Assembly (NCBI RefSeq): GCF_000023205.1
Contig: NC_012803.1
Span: 1,980,001 to 2,012,000, forward strand
DNA: 32,000 nt
From: Micrococcus luteus NCTC 2665
GTDB lineage: Bacteria > Actinomycetota > Actinomycetes > Actinomycetales > Micrococcaceae
Direction: 5' to 3'
Part shown: piece by piece, positions 30,873 through 32,000 of the stretch
Numbering within the stretch: the stretch's first letter is position 1
Layout: every line of letters starts with the position of its first letter
The notes under the pieces: generated by a model
Told to the model about the DNA's origin: nothing
What the model saw: only the letters and a program-made list of their open reading frames with translations
The model's database searches: none
Made by a program: the position numbers and the translations under genes

Positions 30873-32000
30873 TCGCACCGCGCACCCGACGAGGCGACGG
30901 CCGCCTGACCGCCGCCCTCGACCCCCAGGACCAGGGGCCGCAGGACGAATGCGGCGTGTTCGGCGTGTGGGCGCCGGGCGAGGAGGTCGCGAAACTGGCC
31001 TACTACGGCCTGTATGCGCTCCAGCACCGCGGCCAGGAGTCCGCGGGCATCGCCGTCTCGGACGGCGGGCGCATCGCCGTCTACAAGGACATCGGCCTGG
31101 TCTCCCAGGTGTTCGACGAGGCCACGCTCACCGCGCTGAGCGGCCACATCGCCGTCGGCCACTGCCGCTACTCCACCACCGGCGTGAACAAGTGGGCCAA
31201 CGCCCAGCCCACCCTGGGCGCCACCGCCGACGACGGCACGGTCGCCCTGGCGCACAACGGCAACCTCGTGAACTCCGCGGAGCTGCTGCGCATGGTGCAC
31301 GCCGCGGACGGCCGCCACACCCACGGTGAGATGAAGCAGGGCAACACCACGGACACCGCCCTGGTCACGGCCCTGCTGCACGGCGCCCCCGGGGACCGCC
31401 TCGAGGAGACCGCCCTCGAGCTGCTGCCGAAGATCCGCGGCGCCTACTGCTTCGTGTTCATGGACGAGCGCACCCTCTACGCCGCCCGCGACCCGCAGGG
31501 CGTGCGCCCGCTCGTGCTCGGCCGCCTCGAGCACGGCTGGGTGGTGGCCTCCGAGCAGTCGGCCCTGGCCACCGTCGGCGCCTCGTTCATCCGGGAGGTC
31601 GAGCCCGGTGAGATGATCGCGATCGACGACGAGGGCATCCGCTCCACCCGCTTCGCCGAGTCGAAGCCGGCCGGCTGCGTGTTCGAGTACGTGTACCTGG
31701 CCCGGCCGGACGCCACGATCGCCGGGCGCTCCGTGTACGAGTCCCGCGTGGAGATGGGCCGCCGCCTCGCGCTCGAGCAGCCGGTCGAGGCCGACGTCGT
31801 GATCCCCGTGCCCGAGTCCGGCACGCCCGCCGCCGTGGGCTACGCGGACGCCTCGGGCCTGCCGTTCCGCCAGGGCTTCGTGAAGAACGCCTACGTGGGC
31901 CGCACCTTCATCCAGCCGTCCCAGACGCTGCGCCAGCTCGGCATCCGCCTCAAGCTCAACGTCCAGTCCACCGTGGTGGCCGGCAAGCGCGTCGTGGTGG
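30869..32000 (+). CDS. purF: Amidophosphoribosyltransferase, 5' partial (runs off the window)
   Basis: Not in the ORF track because it has no stop within the window. The frame from GTG 30869 reads a ~27-aa propeptide, then CGVFGVWAPGEEVAKLAYYGLYALQHRGQESAGIAV ... GHCRYSTTG ... FVFMDE ... CVFEYVYLARPD. Confidence 0.9.
   Translation, partial: MIAPRTRRGDGRLTAALDPQDQGPQDECGVFGVWAPGEEVAKLAYYGLYALQHRGQESAGIAVSDGGRIAVYKDIGLVSQVFDEATLTALSGHIAVGHCRYSTTGVNKWANAQPTLGATADDGTVALAHNGNLVNSAELLRMVHAADGRHTHGEMKQGNTTDTALVTALLHGAPGDRLEETALELLPKIRGAYCFVFMDERTLYAARDPQGVRPLVLGRLEHGWVVASEQSALATVGASFIREVEPGEMIAIDDEGIRSTRFAESKPAGCVFEYVYLARPDATIAGRSVYESRVEMGRRLALEQPVEADVVIPVPESGTPAAVGYADASGLPFRQGFVKNAYVGRTFIQPSQTLRQLGIRLKLNVQSTVVAGKRVVV

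Noticed and set aside
1-32000. CRISPR arrays, tRNA or rRNA genes, toxin-antitoxin pairs, restriction-modification or other defence systems.
   Set aside because: I saw no regularly spaced direct repeats, no cloverleaf-like or rRNA-like segments, and no ORFs with nuclease, methylase, toxin or other motifs I could recognise. The accessory content is metal homeostasis plus IS elements.

Overview
High-GC actinobacterial DNA (Micrococcaceae-like composition and gene content) in two parts.

(1) Positions ~1-14926 are an IS-bounded copper-homeostasis island. By eye it is lower in G+C than the rest of the window.
- One operon, on the minus strand, encodes a Tat-lipoprotein beta-propeller, a DUF6153-like protein and a Met-rich multicopper oxidase.
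- It is divergent from an OmpR-type two-component system (copRS-like), followed by copZ, a His-rich CPH-type P1B ATPase (copB) and a DUF305 lipoprotein.
- The shared promoter carries the direct repeat TGAAGATTC-GA-TGAAGATTC. This matches the Corynebacterium glutamicum CopR box as I recall it.
- copZ is preceded by a CsoR-type palindrome (ATACCCCC-G-GGGGGTAT), but I found no csoR gene in the window.

The most unusual content is embedded in this island.
- An archaeal-type (type II) GAPDH and a class I, metal-independent fructose-bisphosphate aldolase sit convergently.
- The aldolase lies downstream of an 18-Cys Csp3/DUF326 copper-storage gene, which has a second CopR-like repeat upstream.
- I hypothesise a copper-regulated glycolytic bypass.

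The right edge of the island is an IS481-like transposase N-terminus fused in frame to a 5'-truncated DUF3105 gene. The leader of that remnant is split by an intact IS256-family element (imperfect ~26-bp terminal repeats, 7-bp flanking duplication ACAACTC).

(2) Positions ~14927-32000 look like core chromosome.
- A class A PBP with a metallophosphoesterase.
- A heterodimeric ABC exporter with one degenerate ATP site.
- purC and purD.
- A LuxR/HisKA_3 two-component system divergent from a FtsX-type ABC pair.
- An asparaginase-II family gene and an SCP-like gene.
- The 5' part of purF.

I found no CRISPR array, rRNA or tRNA, and I recognised no defence system. Many long antisense or out-of-frame ORFs in the track are high-GC artefacts.
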